NCBI GenBank assembly: GCA_947177795.1
Contig: CAMWVR010000003.1
Coordinates: 1,088-65,087 of the forward strand
Length of the DNA: 64,000 nucleotides
DNA from: an uncultured Clostridia bacterium
Lineage (GTDB): Bacteria; Bacillota; Clostridia; Christensenellales; UBA3700
Reading direction: 5' to 3'
Shown here: piece by piece, positions 52,050-62,194 of the stretch
How positions within the stretch are numbered: position 1 is the stretch's first letter
Layout of the letters: the number at the start of each line of letters is the position of its first letter
Position numbers and translations under genes: made by a program
Notes under the pieces: model-generated
Database searches by the model: none
What the model saw: only the letters and a program-made list of their open reading frames with translations
What the model was told of the DNA's origin: nothing

Positions 52050-52418
52050 ATGATACAACCGGAGACAAAATTGGTCGTCGCTGATAATTCAGGCGCAAAA
52101 GAGATCAAATGTATTAGAGTAATGGGCGGTTCGTTCCGTAGAAGCGGTAATATAGGCGACGTAATCGTGGCATCCGTGCAGACGGCTACCCCAGGCGGCG
52201 CAGTTAAGAAAGGCGACGTAGTCAAAGCAGTCATCGTAAGAACCAAGAAAGGTATCAGAAGAACCGACGGTTCGCACATCAGATTTGACGACAACGCTGC
52301 CGTTATTATCGACAATCAAAAACAACCTAGGGGTACTCGTATCTTTGGACCAATTGCCAGAGAGTTGAGAGAAAAAGATTACATGAAGATCATTTCTCTT
52401 GCCCCAGAGGTAATCTAA
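52050..52418 (+). CDS. rplN: 50S ribosomal protein L14
   Basis: uL14 sequence [18 protein letters not shown].. Confidence 0.98.
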   Translation: MIQPETKLVVADNSGAKEIKCIRVMGGSFRRSGNIGDVIVASVQTATPGGAVKKGDVVKAVIVRTKKGIRRTDGSHIRFDDNAAVIIDNQKQPRGTRIFGPIARELREKDYMKIISLAPEVI

Positions 52419-52433
52419 CGGAGGTAGACCAAT

Positions 52434-52859
52434 ATGAGTATGAATGTTAAGAAAGGCGACGCTGTCAAAGTTATCGCAGGCGTCGATAAAGGTAAGACAG
52501 GTCAAGTATTGGCGGTAGATACCAAGTCCCAAAGAGTAGTTTTGCAAGGCTCTGACTTGAGAACGGTAAAGTGTTTCGTTAAGCCCCGCAACGCTCAGGA
52601 AAAGGGCGGAATTATCGAAAGAGAGGCTTCTATAAACGTATCCAACGTAATGGTTCTCTGCCCGAGTTGCAACAGCGCTACGAGAGTTGCTCACAACATC
52701 AGCGTTGACGAAAACGGCAAGAAGATCAAGACCCGTATATGTAAGAAGTGCGGAGCATCTTTGGACGTAAAACCCGCAAAAGCAGCAAAGACCGCTAAGA
52801 AGGCAACTAAGAAGACTGCCACCAAGGCAAAGAAGACCACTGACGTGGCAGAAAACTAA
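52434..52859 (+). CDS. rplX: 50S ribosomal protein L24 with a CxxC..CxxC zinc ribbon and a 35-aa Lys/Ala/Thr-rich tail (141 aa)
   Basis: The KOW core is VKKGDAVKVIAGVDKGKTGQV. The zinc ribbon is CPSCNSATRV...CKKCG, and the tail is KPAKAAKTAKKATKKTATKAKKTTDVAEN. Confidence 0.94.
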   Translation: MSMNVKKGDAVKVIAGVDKGKTGQVLAVDTKSQRVVLQGSDLRTVKCFVKPRNAQEKGGIIEREASINVSNVMVLCPSCNSATRVAHNISVDENGKKIKTRICKKCGASLDVKPAKAAKTAKKATKKTATKAKKTTDVAEN

Positions 52860-52874
52860 TGGAGGATAACGACT

Positions 52875-53426
52875 GTGGAAAATAGAGAATACAGAATGCT
52901 TGAATACTATAAATCAACAGTAGTTCCTGCATTGATCAAAAAGTTCAATTATAAGAACGTCAACCAAGTTCCAAAGCTCGAGAAAGTAGTTCTCAACATG
53001 GGTCTCGGCGACGTAAAAGATAACAGCAAGAGCCTTCAACAGGCAGTTGAAGAACTCAAGTTGATCGCAGGTCAAGCTCCCGCAGAATGCAAGGCTAAGA
53101 AGAGCGTTGCAAACTTCAAGGTGAGAGAAGGTATGACGATTGGCGCAAAAGTTACTTTGAGAGGCAAGAAGATGTACGACTTTATGGATAAGCTCATATC
53201 AGTCGCTCTTCCTCGAGTAAGAGACTTCAAGGGCGTGCCAAACGATTCTTTCGACGGACGCGGCAACTATGCAATGGGCGTTAAAGAACAAATCATCTTC
53301 CCGGAAATCCAATACGACAAGGTAGAGAAGGTAAGAGGTTTTGACATTATCGTCGTCACTACGGCAAACACAGACGAAGAGGCTAAGGAGTTGTTGACGC
53401 TCCTCGGTATGCCTTTTGTGAAATAG
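52875..53426 (+). CDS. rplE: 50S ribosomal protein L5
   Basis: The uL5 sequence is present. The GTG start lies 8 nt after SD ggagga; ATG 52896 is an alternative start. Confidence 0.94.
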   Translation: MENREYRMLEYYKSTVVPALIKKFNYKNVNQVPKLEKVVLNMGLGDVKDNSKSLQQAVEELKLIAGQAPAECKAKKSVANFKVREGMTIGAKVTLRGKKMYDFMDKLISVALPRVRDFKGVPNDSFDGRGNYAMGVKEQIIFPEIQYDKVEKVRGFDIIVVTTANTDEEAKELLTLLGMPFVK

Positions 53427-53436
53427 GAGATAGATT

Positions 53437-53622
53437 ATGGCAAAGAAAGCAATGATTAACAAGCAGCAAAAGACTCCAAAGTACTCCACAAGAGCATACA
53501 CAAGATGCCAAATTTGTGGAAGACCGCATGCAGTATTAAGAAAGTACGGAATTTGCAGAATTTGCTTCAGAGAACTCGCTTACAAGGGCGAGATCCCCGG
53601 AGTAAAAAAGGCAAGTTGGTAA
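53437..53622 (+). CDS. rpsZ: 30S ribosomal protein S14, zinc-binding type Z (61 aa)
   Basis: [23 protein letters not shown] contains the CxxC..CxxC motif. Confidence 0.97.
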   Translation: MAKKAMINKQQKTPKYSTRAYTRCQICGRPHAVLRKYGICRICFRELAYKGEIPGVKKASW

Positions 53623-53638
53623 TAGGAGGGTATTTACT

Positions 53639-54037
53639 ATGATGATAACTGATCCAATCGCAGATATGCTCACCCGTATCCGTAACGCTTTGGTCGCAAG
53701 ACACGAAAGCGTCGAAGTACCTCTCTCCAAGATGAAGAAGGCTATCGCCGACATCTTGACGGAAGAAGGCTATATCAACGGATATGAAGTAGTTGAAGGC
53801 GAAGTTCAAAGTGTTATGAAGGTAAATTTGAAGTATGGACCTAACAATGAGAAGGTCATTTCCGGAATCAAGCGTATTTCCAAGCCCGGCTTGAGAGTAT
53901 ATGCAAACTCAGAGAAACTTCCTGTCGTTCTCAACGGTTTGGGAATAGCAATTATTTCCACTTCCAAGGGAATCATGACCGACAAGAAGGCTCGCGCAGC
54001 ACATATCGGCGGCGAAGTTCTCGCTTACGTTTGGTAA
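53639..54037 (+). CDS. rpsH: 30S ribosomal protein S8
   Basis: uS8 sequence [14 protein letters not shown]. Confidence 0.98.
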   Translation: MMITDPIADMLTRIRNALVARHESVEVPLSKMKKAIADILTEEGYINGYEVVEGEVQSVMKVNLKYGPNNEKVISGIKRISKPGLRVYANSEKLPVVLNGLGIAIISTSKGIMTDKKARAAHIGGEVLAYVW

Positions 54038-54052
54038 TAGGGAGGTAAGAAT

Positions 54053-54595
54053 ATGTCAAGAATTGGTAGACTCCCCGTGGTTATCCCGGCAGGCGTAGAA
54101 GTAAGCGTATCGCCCGAAAATATCGTTACGGTAAAGGGCGCAAAGGGTACTTTGACTCTCAAAGTAAACAGTGTCATCACCGTAAAAGTAGAGGGCGCAG
54201 AAGTTCACGTAACAAGACCCAACGATGATAAGCCCGTTAAGGCAATGCACGGTCTTTACAGAAAACTTATTGCAAATATGGTAGAAGGCGTATCCAAGGG
54301 CTTTGAGAAATCTTTGATTCTCAACGGCGTAGGTTACAAGGCATCCAAGCAAGGCAAAAAACTCGTACTCAACGTAGGATATTCGCACCCCGTTGAGATC
54401 GAAGAGATACCCGGTATCACTTACGAGTGTCCTTCCGTGACGGAAGTTGTCGTAAAGGGTATCGACAAAGAGTTGGTGGGTCAAATGGCTGCCAACATAA
54501 GAAAAGTTCGTAATCCCGATCCTTACCACGTATACGGTATTCGTTATAAAGACGAAGTTATCGTACGTAAGGAAGGCAAGACGGGTAAGAAATAA
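54053..54595 (+). CDS. rplF: 50S ribosomal protein L6
   Basis: uL6 sequence [14 protein letters not shown]. Confidence 0.98.
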   Translation: MSRIGRLPVVIPAGVEVSVSPENIVTVKGAKGTLTLKVNSVITVKVEGAEVHVTRPNDDKPVKAMHGLYRKLIANMVEGVSKGFEKSLILNGVGYKASKQGKKLVLNVGYSHPVEIEEIPGITYECPSVTEVVVKGIDKELVGQMAANIRKVRNPDPYHVYGIRYKDEVIVRKEGKTGKK

Positions 54596-54608
54596 GGAGT
54601 GAGATAAT

Positions 54609-54977
54609 ATGATTAGTAAGATTGATAAGAATGCCATCAGGCAAAAAAGACATCAAAGAGTTAGATCTAAAATCAGCGGCACAGCCGAGAGACCTCGCTT
54701 CAACGTATACAGAAGTACCAACAATATCAACGTGCAGATCATTGACGACGTTAAAGGTACGACGCTCGTTTCTTGCTCGACTCTTGACAAGGATATGATC
54801 AAGAAAGTCAAGGATATGACCAAGACAGAAGCCGCAGCCGAAGTAGGCAAGGCAGTTGCTAAAAAGGCTTTGCAAGCAGGTATCACCGAAGTTGTATTTG
54901 ACAGAGGCGGATATCTCTATACCGGACGCGTTAAGAGCGTTGCAGACGGCGCAAGAGAAGCCGGACTTAAATTCTAA
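54609..54977 (+). CDS. rplR: 50S ribosomal protein L18
   Basis: uL18 sequence [36 protein letters not shown]. Confidence 0.97.
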   Translation: MISKIDKNAIRQKRHQRVRSKISGTAERPRFNVYRSTNNINVQIIDDVKGTTLVSCSTLDKDMIKKVKDMTKTEAAAEVGKAVAKKALQAGITEVVFDRGGYLYTGRVKSVADGAREAGLKF

Positions 54978-54988
54978 GGAGATCCAAA

Positions 54989-55498
54989 ATGGCTAGAAAA
55001 GAGAGATTTAACAATCAAGAAGAAGAATTGCTCAACAAGCTCATCTGCGTCAACCGCGTAACCAAGGTTGTCAAGGGCGGTAGAACGATGAGATTTGCGG
55101 CTCTTATAGTAGTCGGCGACGGACAAGGTTCGATCGGTCTCGGTATGGGCAAGGCAGGCGAAGTTCCGGAGGCTATCCGTAAGGCAACGGCTGAAGCAAA
55201 GCGCAACATGATCAAGATCGCCAAGTTGGACACCTCTGTTCCTCACGAGGCAATAGGCAACTTCGGAAGTTCCAAGGTCATAATAATGCCGGCTAGCGCA
55301 GGTACCGGTGTTATCGCAGGCGGTCCTGTCCGTGCGGTACTTGAATGCGCAGGCATCAAGGACGTGAGAACGAAGTCTATGGGCAGCAACAACAAAATCA
55401 ACTGTGTCAAGGCTACCTTTGACGGACTTGCAAAGATGAAGACGGCTGAGCAAATCGCCGCTTTGAGAGGCAAGAGCGTCGAAGACATTATAGGCTAA
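54989..55498 (+). CDS. rpsE: 30S ribosomal protein S5
   Basis: uS5 sequence [24 protein letters not shown]. Confidence 0.98.
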   Translation: MARKERFNNQEEELLNKLICVNRVTKVVKGGRTMRFAALIVVGDGQGSIGLGMGKAGEVPEAIRKATAEAKRNMIKIAKLDTSVPHEAIGNFGSSKVIIMPASAGTGVIAGGPVRAVLECAGIKDVRTKSMGSNNKINCVKATFDGLAKMKTAEQIAALRGKSVEDIIG

Positions 55499-55511
55499 TA
55501 GGAGGCGACTT

Positions 55512-55691
55512 ATGGAAAAGATCAAAGTTACGCTCGTAAAGAGTACGATAGGTTGCTCGCAAAAGCAAAAAGATACAATCAAGGCTTTGGGTCTCAAGAA
55601 GATCGGAAGCAGCAACGTTATCACATCTAACGCTTGTTCCGAGGGTATGCTCAAGGTAGTTTCTCATCTCGTAATGATTGAGCAGGCGTAA
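55512..55691 (+). CDS. rpmD: 50S ribosomal protein L30 (59 aa; absent from the ORF track because it is under 60 aa)
   Basis: Manual translation gives [61 protein letters not shown] ggagg is present, and it sits in the canonical slot between rpsE and rplO. Confidence 0.9.
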   Translation: MEKIKVTLVKSTIGCSQKQKDTIKALGLKKIGSSNVITSNACSEGMLKVVSHLVMIEQA

Positions 55692-55704
55692 GGGAGGATT
55701 AGAT

Positions 55705-56148
55705 ATGAAATTGAACAATATGGCTCCTGCTGAGGGAGCAAAGACGCAGTCTAAAAGACTCGGCAGAGGTATCGGCTCGGGTCTCGGCAAGACTTCCGGT
55801 AAAGGCCACAAGGGACAATGGGCTCGTAGCGGCGGCGGAGTAAGACCGGGATTTGAAGGCGGTCAAATGCCTCTCGTAAGAAGAATCCCCAAGAGAGGAT
55901 TCAACAACGTCTTCAAGAAAGAATATTCTATCGTCAACGTCAGCGATCTCGAAGTATTCGACGACGGCACGGTAGTTACGGCAGAACTTCTCCTTGAGAA
56001 GGGTGTTCTTAGTAAGGTTGAACCTTATGGTTTGAAGGTTCTTGGCAATGGTACATTGACTAAAAAGCTTGAGGTTAAAGCAAACAAATTTACTAAGTCA
56101 GCTGCAGAAATAATCCAAAAAGCAGGTGGCAAAGCAGAGGTGCTATAA
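55705..56148 (+). CDS. rplO: 50S ribosomal protein L15
   Basis: The uL15 sequence is [37 protein letters not shown]. The start is moved to ATG 55705 (SD gggagg) from the track's TTG at 55678. Confidence 0.95.
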   Translation: MKLNNMAPAEGAKTQSKRLGRGIGSGLGKTSGKGHKGQWARSGGGVRPGFEGGQMPLVRRIPKRGFNNVFKKEYSIVNVSDLEVFDDGTVVTAELLLEKGVLSKVEPYGLKVLGNGTLTKKLEVKANKFTKSAAEIIQKAGGKAEVL

Positions 56149-57476
56149 TGTGGCAAACTATTAAAAACGCATTTAGTGATAAAAGCATCAGAAACAAAAT
56201 ATTCGCAACGTTCGGATTGCTTCTCGCATTCCGAATCGGTTGTTGGATACCGCTTCCGGGCATTACTGCGGACTTTTACGCAGGTCAGTTCGGCGGCACG
56301 GGAGAAAGCAACACGATATTTCAACTTTTGAGTATGATGAGCGGCGGCTCAATGCAATATCTCACGCTATTCGCGCTTGGTATCTTGCCGTTTATCAACA
56401 GCTTTATCATAATGCAGTTGCTCACACTTATCATTCCACCGCTTGAAAGACTTTCAAAACAAGGTGATGAGGGGCGTGAAAAAATCACAATAATCACCAG
56501 ATACGTGGCAATAGCCTTGGCTGTTGTGCAGGCAATAGGTATCGTAGTAGCTTATAAAGATTATATCGATCCTATGTTTGGCGAAAAGAACGGTTGGCTT
56601 ACGGCTATTATGATCATCGCATTGCTCGTCTCGGGCAGTACGGTAGTTATGTGGCTGGGCGAGAGAATTACAGAGCTTGGTATCGGCAACGGTACGTCGT
56701 TGATAATCTTCAGCGGTATTCTGTCGTCGTTTGGATTGGCGCTCGTAAATACGATTCCGCAAATTCAAAACGATCCTACGAAACTTTGGAATCTGTTTGG
56801 TTATTTATTGGTAGTGTTGTTCTTGTTTGCGTTTATCGTATTCGTAGACGGCGGAGAGAGAAGAATCAAAGTCAACTACGCAAAGCAAGTCAAGGGCAAT
56901 AAGATGTACGGCGGACAGTCGACGTTCATACCAATCAAAGTCAACAGCTCGGGCGTTATGCCTATCATCTTCGCGTCGTCCTTTATGACGATCCCAATGA
57001 TGATATTCCAATTTACGGGACAAGACAATCAAGCTTTCGCCAACTATATGACGTTCTGCTATCCGGGTACTACCGGTTCGCAGTGGCAATGGGTAGGCTG
57101 GGTATTCTACTATTTGGTAATGCTTGTTCTGATCATATTCTTCGCATATTTCTATGCGCAGATACAGTTCAACCCGCAAGACGTGGCAAGAAACTTGCAA
57201 CAGTACGGCGGCTCGATACAAGGTATCCGCAGCGGTAAACCCACGAGCGACTACCTTCAAAAAATCAACAACAGAATAGTTTTGTTCGGCGCGTTGTTCC
57301 TCGGCTTTATAGCTATAGTGCCGGCGGCTCTCTTCCAATTGATAGGCGGCGGCTTGGGAATAAACAACGCTATATCCTCCACGGGTATGCTGATTGCGGT
57401 AAGCGTTGCGCTTGAATTTAACAAACAACTTGAGGGACAACTCATGATGAAGCATTACAAGGGCTTCCTCAAGTAA
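56148..57476 (+). CDS. secY: Preprotein translocase subunit SecY
   Basis: 442 aa, 10-TM, with the conserved SecY N-terminus (IRNKI.FT...L..FR.G..IP.PG). It overlaps rplO in a TAATG junction. Confidence 0.97.
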   Translation: MWQTIKNAFSDKSIRNKIFATFGLLLAFRIGCWIPLPGITADFYAGQFGGTGESNTIFQLLSMMSGGSMQYLTLFALGILPFINSFIIMQLLTLIIPPLERLSKQGDEGREKITIITRYVAIALAVVQAIGIVVAYKDYIDPMFGEKNGWLTAIMIIALLVSGSTVVMWLGERITELGIGNGTSLIIFSGILSSFGLALVNTIPQIQNDPTKLWNLFGYLLVVLFLFAFIVFVDGGERRIKVNYAKQVKGNKMYGGQSTFIPIKVNSSGVMPIIFASSFMTIPMMIFQFTGQDNQAFANYMTFCYPGTTGSQWQWVGWVFYYLVMLVLIIFFAYFYAQIQFNPQDVARNLQQYGGSIQGIRSGKPTSDYLQKINNRIVLFGALFLGFIAIVPAALFQLIGGGLGINNAISSTGMLIAVSVALEFNKQLEGQLMMKHYKGFLK

Positions 57477-57486
57477 AAGAGGATCT

Positions 57487-58110
57487 ATGTACTTGGTATT
57501 TTTAGGAGCGCCGGGAGCAGGTAAAGGCACCCAAGCGACGAAAGTATGTGAGAAGTATAACATACCTCATATCTCCACGGGAGACATATTGAGGGCTAAT
57601 ATCAAGGCGGGCACGGCCTTGGGCGTAGAAGCTAAAGGCTATATCGACAAAGGCTTGCTCGTGCCTGACGAAGTCGTGATCGGACTTGTCAAACAAAGAC
57701 TTTCCGAGGCGGATTGCCAGAAGGGATTTTTGCTAGACGGTTTTCCGAGAACGATAGAGCAGGCAAAGGCTTTGAATGATTTCGCAAAGATAACTTGCGC
57801 CGTCAACTTAGCCGTCGACGAAAAACTCGTCGTGGACAGGATCGCAGGTCGCAGAATGTGCAAGTGCGGAGAGAGCTATCACGTATCGTGGTATGACAAA
57901 GACGTGTGCGCAAAATGCGGAGAAAAGCTATATCAAAGAGACGACGACAAAGAAGATACCGTAAAGGCTAGACTTGAAGTCTACAATGCGCAGACTGCTC
58001 CGCTGATCGAGTACTATAGCTATATGGGAATACTCAAGGACGTGGACGGCACGCAGGAGATGAACAAAGTTTTCGACGACATAGTGAGGATATTGAATGA
58101 TAACCATTAA
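57487..58110 (+). CDS. adk: Adenylate kinase (zinc-lid type)
   Basis: It has the P-loop GAPGAGKGTQ and a 4-Cys lid (CKCGESYH...CAKCG). Confidence 0.97.
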   Translation: MYLVFLGAPGAGKGTQATKVCEKYNIPHISTGDILRANIKAGTALGVEAKGYIDKGLLVPDEVVIGLVKQRLSEADCQKGFLLDGFPRTIEQAKALNDFAKITCAVNLAVDEKLVVDRIAGRRMCKCGESYHVSWYDKDVCAKCGEKLYQRDDDKEDTVKARLEVYNAQTAPLIEYYSYMGILKDVDGTQEMNKVFDDIVRILNDNH

Positions 58111-58843
58111 GTCGGATTACGAAATACAGTTGATGCGCAAGGCTAATCAGATCGTCAGAGATACGCTCAATCTCCTCGAAGATACTATCAAAGAGGGAAT
58201 GACGACGGCTCAGCTAAACGAGATAGCTCACGATTACATAGTCAAGTGCGATGCGATACCGTCGTTTTTGGGATACAATGGATTTCCAGCATCGATATGC
58301 ACGTCGATAAACGAACAGGTCGTACACGGTATTCCTTCCGACAAAGTAGTCATCAAAGAGGGCGACATAGTCAGCGTGGACTGCGGAAGTATCTACAAAG
58401 GGTATAACGGCGACGCCGCAAGAACCTTTACGATAGGCAAGGTCAGCGAGGAAAAGGCAAAACTCGTCGAAGCTACGAAACAGAGTTTCTTCGAGGGCGT
58501 CAATATACTCAAAGAGGGAGTCAGACTCGGCGACTTAGGACATGCGATACAGGCTTATGCGGAATCCCGAGGCTACGGAGTAGTTAGAGCTTTGGTAGGA
58601 CACGGAATAGGCAAGGATATGCACGAAGATCCCGAAGTGCCCAATTACGGCAGACAAGGACACGGAATGAGATTGCGTAAGAACATGACGATCGCAATCG
58701 AACCTATGATTAATATGGGTACGCACGAAGTGTATATGCTGGACGACGGTTGGACGATAGTCACGGCAGACGGATTGCCGTCGGCGCACTACGAAAACAC
58801 AGTGTGGATAAAAGAAGACGGCGTTGAGATATTGTCGCTGTGA
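58097..58843 (+). CDS. map: Methionine aminopeptidase type I
   Basis: It has the MITIKSDYEIQLMRKA N-terminus and metal ligands in VDCG..GDAARTF, HGIG, EPM and ENTV. It overlaps adk by 14 nt. Confidence 0.96.
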   Translation: MITIKSDYEIQLMRKANQIVRDTLNLLEDTIKEGMTTAQLNEIAHDYIVKCDAIPSFLGYNGFPASICTSINEQVVHGIPSDKVVIKEGDIVSVDCGSIYKGYNGDAARTFTIGKVSEEKAKLVEATKQSFFEGVNILKEGVRLGDLGHAIQAYAESRGYGVVRALVGHGIGKDMHEDPEVPNYGRQGHGMRLRKNMTIAIEPMINMGTHEVYMLDDGWTIVTADGLPSAHYENTVWIKEDGVEILSL

Positions 58844-58850
58844 GGTAAAG

Positions 58851-59099
58851 ATGGCTTTTAAAGTTGGAGACATAGTGCAATCAAAGAGCGGTCACGACGC
58901 AAAAAAGTATTTCGTCGTCATCGCAACGCTCAATGAAAGTTACGTGCTGATTGCCGACGGTAAGTCGAGAAAGCTTGACAGTCCAAAGCAAAAGAACGTC
59001 AAGCACGTCAAACTCATAGAAGAGGCAAGCGATATCAATTCGTACGTCGACGATAAGAGCATTGCGGATAGATTAGGAAAACTTGATACTGTTGAATAG
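58851..59099 (+). CDS. KOW-domain RNA-binding protein (conserved map-infA spacer gene of Firmicutes)
   Basis: MAFKVGDIVQSKSGHDAKKYFVVI is KOW-like. The start is set to ATG 58851 (SD gaggt). The gene position is conserved. Confidence 0.7.
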   Translation: MAFKVGDIVQSKSGHDAKKYFVVIATLNESYVLIADGKSRKLDSPKQKNVKHVKLIEEASDINSYVDDKSIADRLGKLDTVE

Positions 59100-59108
59100 G
59101 AGGTATAT

Positions 59109-59330
59109 ATGTCCAAAGAAGACGTAATCGAAGCAGAGGGAAAAGTAATAGAAGTATTGCCCGGTACCAATTTCAAAGTAGAGCTGTCAAACGGACACGT
59201 TATCGTAGCGTATCTGTCGGGAAAATTGAGAAAGAATTATATCAAAATTCTCGAAGGGGACGCAGTCAAAGTAGAATTAAGTCCATACGATCTTACCAAA
59301 GGTAGAATAGTATGGCGTAATAAGAATTAA
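59109..59330 (+). CDS. infA: Translation initiation factor IF-1
   Basis: S1-like IF-1 sequence: [28 protein letters not shown]. Confidence 0.98.
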   Translation: MSKEDVIEAEGKVIEVLPGTNFKVELSNGHVIVAYLSGKLRKNYIKILEGDAVKVELSPYDLTKGRIVWRNKN

Positions 59331-59354
59331 GGTAGATTAACGGAGGATATAACA

Positions 59355-59471
59355 ATGAAGGTCAGACCATCAGTAAAGCCGATGTGCGACAAATGCAAGG
59401 TAATAAAGAGAAACGGAGCAGTTATGATCATCTGCTCAAAATACAAAAAGCACAAGCAAAAGCAAGGCTAA
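59355..59471 (+). CDS. rpmJ: 50S ribosomal protein L36, zinc type (38 aa; absent from the ORF track)
   Basis: Manual translation gives [40 protein letters not shown] ggagg is present. Confidence 0.93.
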   Translation: MKVRPSVKPMCDKCKVIKRNGAVMIICSKYKKHKQKQG

Positions 59472-59521
59472 AATTTCTCTTAATTATAAGAATGAGCGTA
59501 AAACGCTCAAAAACGGCTTAA

Positions 59522-59551
59522 AAGGATTATGGAGTTATCCATAATTCCTTT
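59522..59551 (+). terminator. Hairpin AAGGATTATGGA-GTTA-TCCATAATTCCTT after rpmJ (partial terminator)
   Basis: A 12-bp stem with one bulged A, followed by TATT (a weak U-run). Confidence 0.5.
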
Positions 59552-59587
59552 ATTGCGTAAAAAATAAAAAAAATTGTATTATAATGC

Positions 59588-59616
59588 TTGCAAGATTTAT
59601 TAAATCGTGTTATAAT
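59588..59616 (+). promoter_or_regulatory. Strong internal promoter TTGCAA-17-(TGt)TATAAT for the rpsM-rpsK-rpsD-rpoA-rplQ operon
   Basis: TTGCAA is at 59588-59593, TG at 59608-59609 and TATAAT at 59611-59616. This gives a ~128-nt leader before the rpsM ATG at 59751. Confidence 0.65.
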
Positions 59617-59750
59617 ACCTAGGCTAAAAGACATTAATCGTTGGGGAGCGGCTAATAGGTTGTTTCATTCCAAATACAACAGACAATCTAACTTCTCGTA
59701 GCGTTTAATAATATAATAAAAACATTTATTAAATTATTGGAGGTATTTTC

Positions 59751-60122
59751 ATGGCTCGTATTAGTGGCGTTGATTTGCCAAATGAGAAAAGAGTTGAGAT
59801 AGGTCTTACTTATATCTACGGTATAGGAAGAGTTACGTCCAACAAAATTCTCGCTGATACAGGTATAAATCCTGATACAAGAGTTAGGGATTTGACTGAT
59901 GAAGAAGTAAACAAGATTCGTGAATACATCGACCGCAACAATATCATGGTTGAAGGCGATTTGAAGCGCGAGATCAAGATGAACATCAAGAGACTGCAGG
60001 AAATCGGTTGCTACCGCGGTGTTAGACACCGTAAGGGATTGCCGGTACGCGGTCAGAGTACAAAGCAGAACGCTCGTACAAGAAAGGGTCCGAAGAAGAC
60101 CGTTAGCCGTAAGAAGAAATAA
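59751..60122 (+). CDS. rpsM: 30S ribosomal protein S13
   Basis: uS13 sequence [21 protein letters not shown]. Confidence 0.98.
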   Translation: MARISGVDLPNEKRVEIGLTYIYGIGRVTSNKILADTGINPDTRVRDLTDEEVNKIREYIDRNNIMVEGDLKREIKMNIKRLQEIGCYRGVRHRKGLPVRGQSTKQNARTRKGPKKTVSRKKK

Positions 60123-60136
60123 GGAGGTATTGAATA

Positions 60137-60532
60137 ATGGCAGTTGCTAAAAAAGTTGTAAAAAAACGTACTGTAAATAAGCGCCGTGGCGAAAACGGTT
60201 GCGCTCATATTCACGCCTCTTTCAACAACACCATCGTGACGATTACCGATACGCAAGGCAACGCTATCAGCTGGTCTAGCTCCGGTAAGCTTCAACTTCG
60301 CGGTAGCAAGAAGTCTACGCCGTTTGCAGCTCAAATGGTAAGCGAAGACGCAGGTAAAGTCGCATACGATGCAGGCGTAAGAAACGTAGAAGTATATGTC
60401 AAGGGACCGGGTAGCGGCAGAGAGTCTGCTATCAGAGCCTTGCAGAACGTAGGATTGAACGTTACGCTTATCAAAGACGTATCTCCGATCCCTCACAATG
60501 GCTGTCGCCCACCAAAGCGCAGAAGACTGTAA
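60137..60532 (+). CDS. rpsK: 30S ribosomal protein S11
   Basis: uS11 sequence [18 protein letters not shown]. Confidence 0.98.
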   Translation: MAVAKKVVKKRTVNKRRGENGCAHIHASFNNTIVTITDTQGNAISWSSSGKLQLRGSKKSTPFAAQMVSEDAGKVAYDAGVRNVEVYVKGPGSGRESAIRALQNVGLNVTLIKDVSPIPHNGCRPPKRRRL

Positions 60533-60550
60533 TAGGAGGTTTGCAATAAT

Positions 60551-61174
60551 ATGGCTAGATATACAGGTCCTGATTGTCGTCAATGCAGACGCGAAGGCGA
60601 AAAATTATTTTTGAAAGGCGAAAAGTGTTATTCGGAAAAGTGTCCTTTTGCAAAGAACAGCACTCCTCCGGGACAACACGGCGCCGATCGTAAGAAGAAT
60701 AGCGAATACGCTACTCAGTTGAGAGAAAAACAAAAGACCAAGAGAATCTACGGACTTTGCGAGAAGCAATTCAGAGGTTATTACGACAAAGCCGAGAAGA
60801 TGAGAGGTATTACCGGTGAAAACATGCTTATCCTTTTGGAAAGACGTCTTGACAACACCGTATACCGTCTTGGTTTGGCATCTTCCCGTTCAATGGCAAG
60901 ACAAATCGTCAACCACGGTTTGATTACCGTCAACGGCAAGTGCGTAAATATTCCTTCTTTCCTTGTGAAGAAGGGCGACGTAATTGGCGTCAAAGAAAAC
61001 AAAGCCGACAAAAAGGTATTCAGTGGTATCAAGGAGGCTAAGACACTCAATCTTCCTAAGTGGTTGACTTTTGACAACGCTACTATGACGGGCAACGTAA
61101 TCGCTTTGCCGGAAAGAGCAGATGTCGAGCAAAAGATTGAAGAGCACATGATTGTCGAGTTGTATTCTAAATAA
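60551..61174 (+). CDS. rpsD: 30S ribosomal protein S4 (4-Cys zinc-finger type)
   Basis: The uS4 sequence is [31 protein letters not shown], with an S4 RNA-binding domain. Confidence 0.97.
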   Translation: MARYTGPDCRQCRREGEKLFLKGEKCYSEKCPFAKNSTPPGQHGADRKKNSEYATQLREKQKTKRIYGLCEKQFRGYYDKAEKMRGITGENMLILLERRLDNTVYRLGLASSRSMARQIVNHGLITVNGKCVNIPSFLVKKGDVIGVKENKADKKVFSGIKEAKTLNLPKWLTFDNATMTGNVIALPERADVEQKIEEHMIVELYSK

Positions 61175-61224
61175 TAATACGCTGTGACAGTCTCGGTCAT
61201 TGAACATTGAATAGGAGGCTAACA

Positions 61225-62178
61225 ATGATAGAAATTCAAAAACCAAATATCAATAAAGAAGATATGGAGCCGGGTAGAAAAACCAGATATTCCGTCGAGC
61301 CGTTGGAACGCGGATTCGGTACTACTCTCGGCAACAGTCTTAGAAGAATACTTTTGGGCGCTTTGCCGGGCGCTGCTCCCGTCGGTATAAGAATAAACGG
61401 AGTTCAACACGAGTTTACCGCTATCCCCGGTATTAAGGAAGACGTCACGGACATCATTCTCAATATCAAGGGACTTGCAATAAAGGCTTATACCGAGGAC
61501 AAGAACTTCAAACAACTTTGTACTATCAACAAATATACGCCGGGCGTAGTTACAGCCGCAGATATATCTCACAGCGACGATATAGAGATTCTCAATCCCG
61601 AACTTGAGATTTGTACTCTCGAAGACGGCGCAAGCATTGAGATGGAAATTTATATCGGCGTAGGCAGAGGCTACGTTGGCGCAAGCGAAAACAAAGACGA
61701 GGAGCAAGGCATCGGATACATACCCGTAGACGCTATCTTCACGCCTGTTATCGCGGCAAGTTATCAGGTAGAGAGTACCAGAAAAGGTCAAGACATCAAT
61801 TTTGACAAGCTCACTATTGACGTTACGACAGACGGTACGTCGACGCCAAATGAGGTCATCAGTTTGGCTGCCAAGATTATGAACGATCACCTTGGTATTT
61901 TTGTTAAACTCGTTGACAACATGGCAGAAAAAGAGATACTCATCTCTCAAGACAACGAATCGCAGGCAAAGATTTACGAAATGGCAATCGAAGATTTGGA
62001 TTTGTCGGTAAGATCTTACAACTGCTTGAGAAGAGCGGGCATCAACACTGTCAAGGATTTGACGGAAAAGACTGAAGACGACATGCTTAAAGTGAGAAAT
62101 CTCGGTAAGAAGTCGCTCGAAGAAGTTATGAAGAAAATTGACGACCTTGGTCTTAAACTCAAGGACAAGGATGAATAA
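61225..62178 (+). CDS. rpoA: DNA-directed RNA polymerase alpha subunit
   Basis: It has MIEIQKPNI.., GFGTTLGNSLRRILL and the C-terminal LDLSVRSYNCLRRAGINTV. The start is moved to ATG 61225 (SD aggagg) from the track's TTG at 61207. Confidence 0.96.
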   Translation: MIEIQKPNINKEDMEPGRKTRYSVEPLERGFGTTLGNSLRRILLGALPGAAPVGIRINGVQHEFTAIPGIKEDVTDIILNIKGLAIKAYTEDKNFKQLCTINKYTPGVVTAADISHSDDIEILNPELEICTLEDGASIEMEIYIGVGRGYVGASENKDEEQGIGYIPVDAIFTPVIAASYQVESTRKGQDINFDKLTIDVTTDGTSTPNEVISLAAKIMNDHLGIFVKLVDNMAEKEILISQDNESQAKIYEMAIEDLDLSVRSYNCLRRAGINTVKDLTEKTEDDMLKVRNLGKKSLEEVMKKIDDLGLKLKDKDE

Positions 62179-62194
62179 TAGGAGGTAAAGGACA

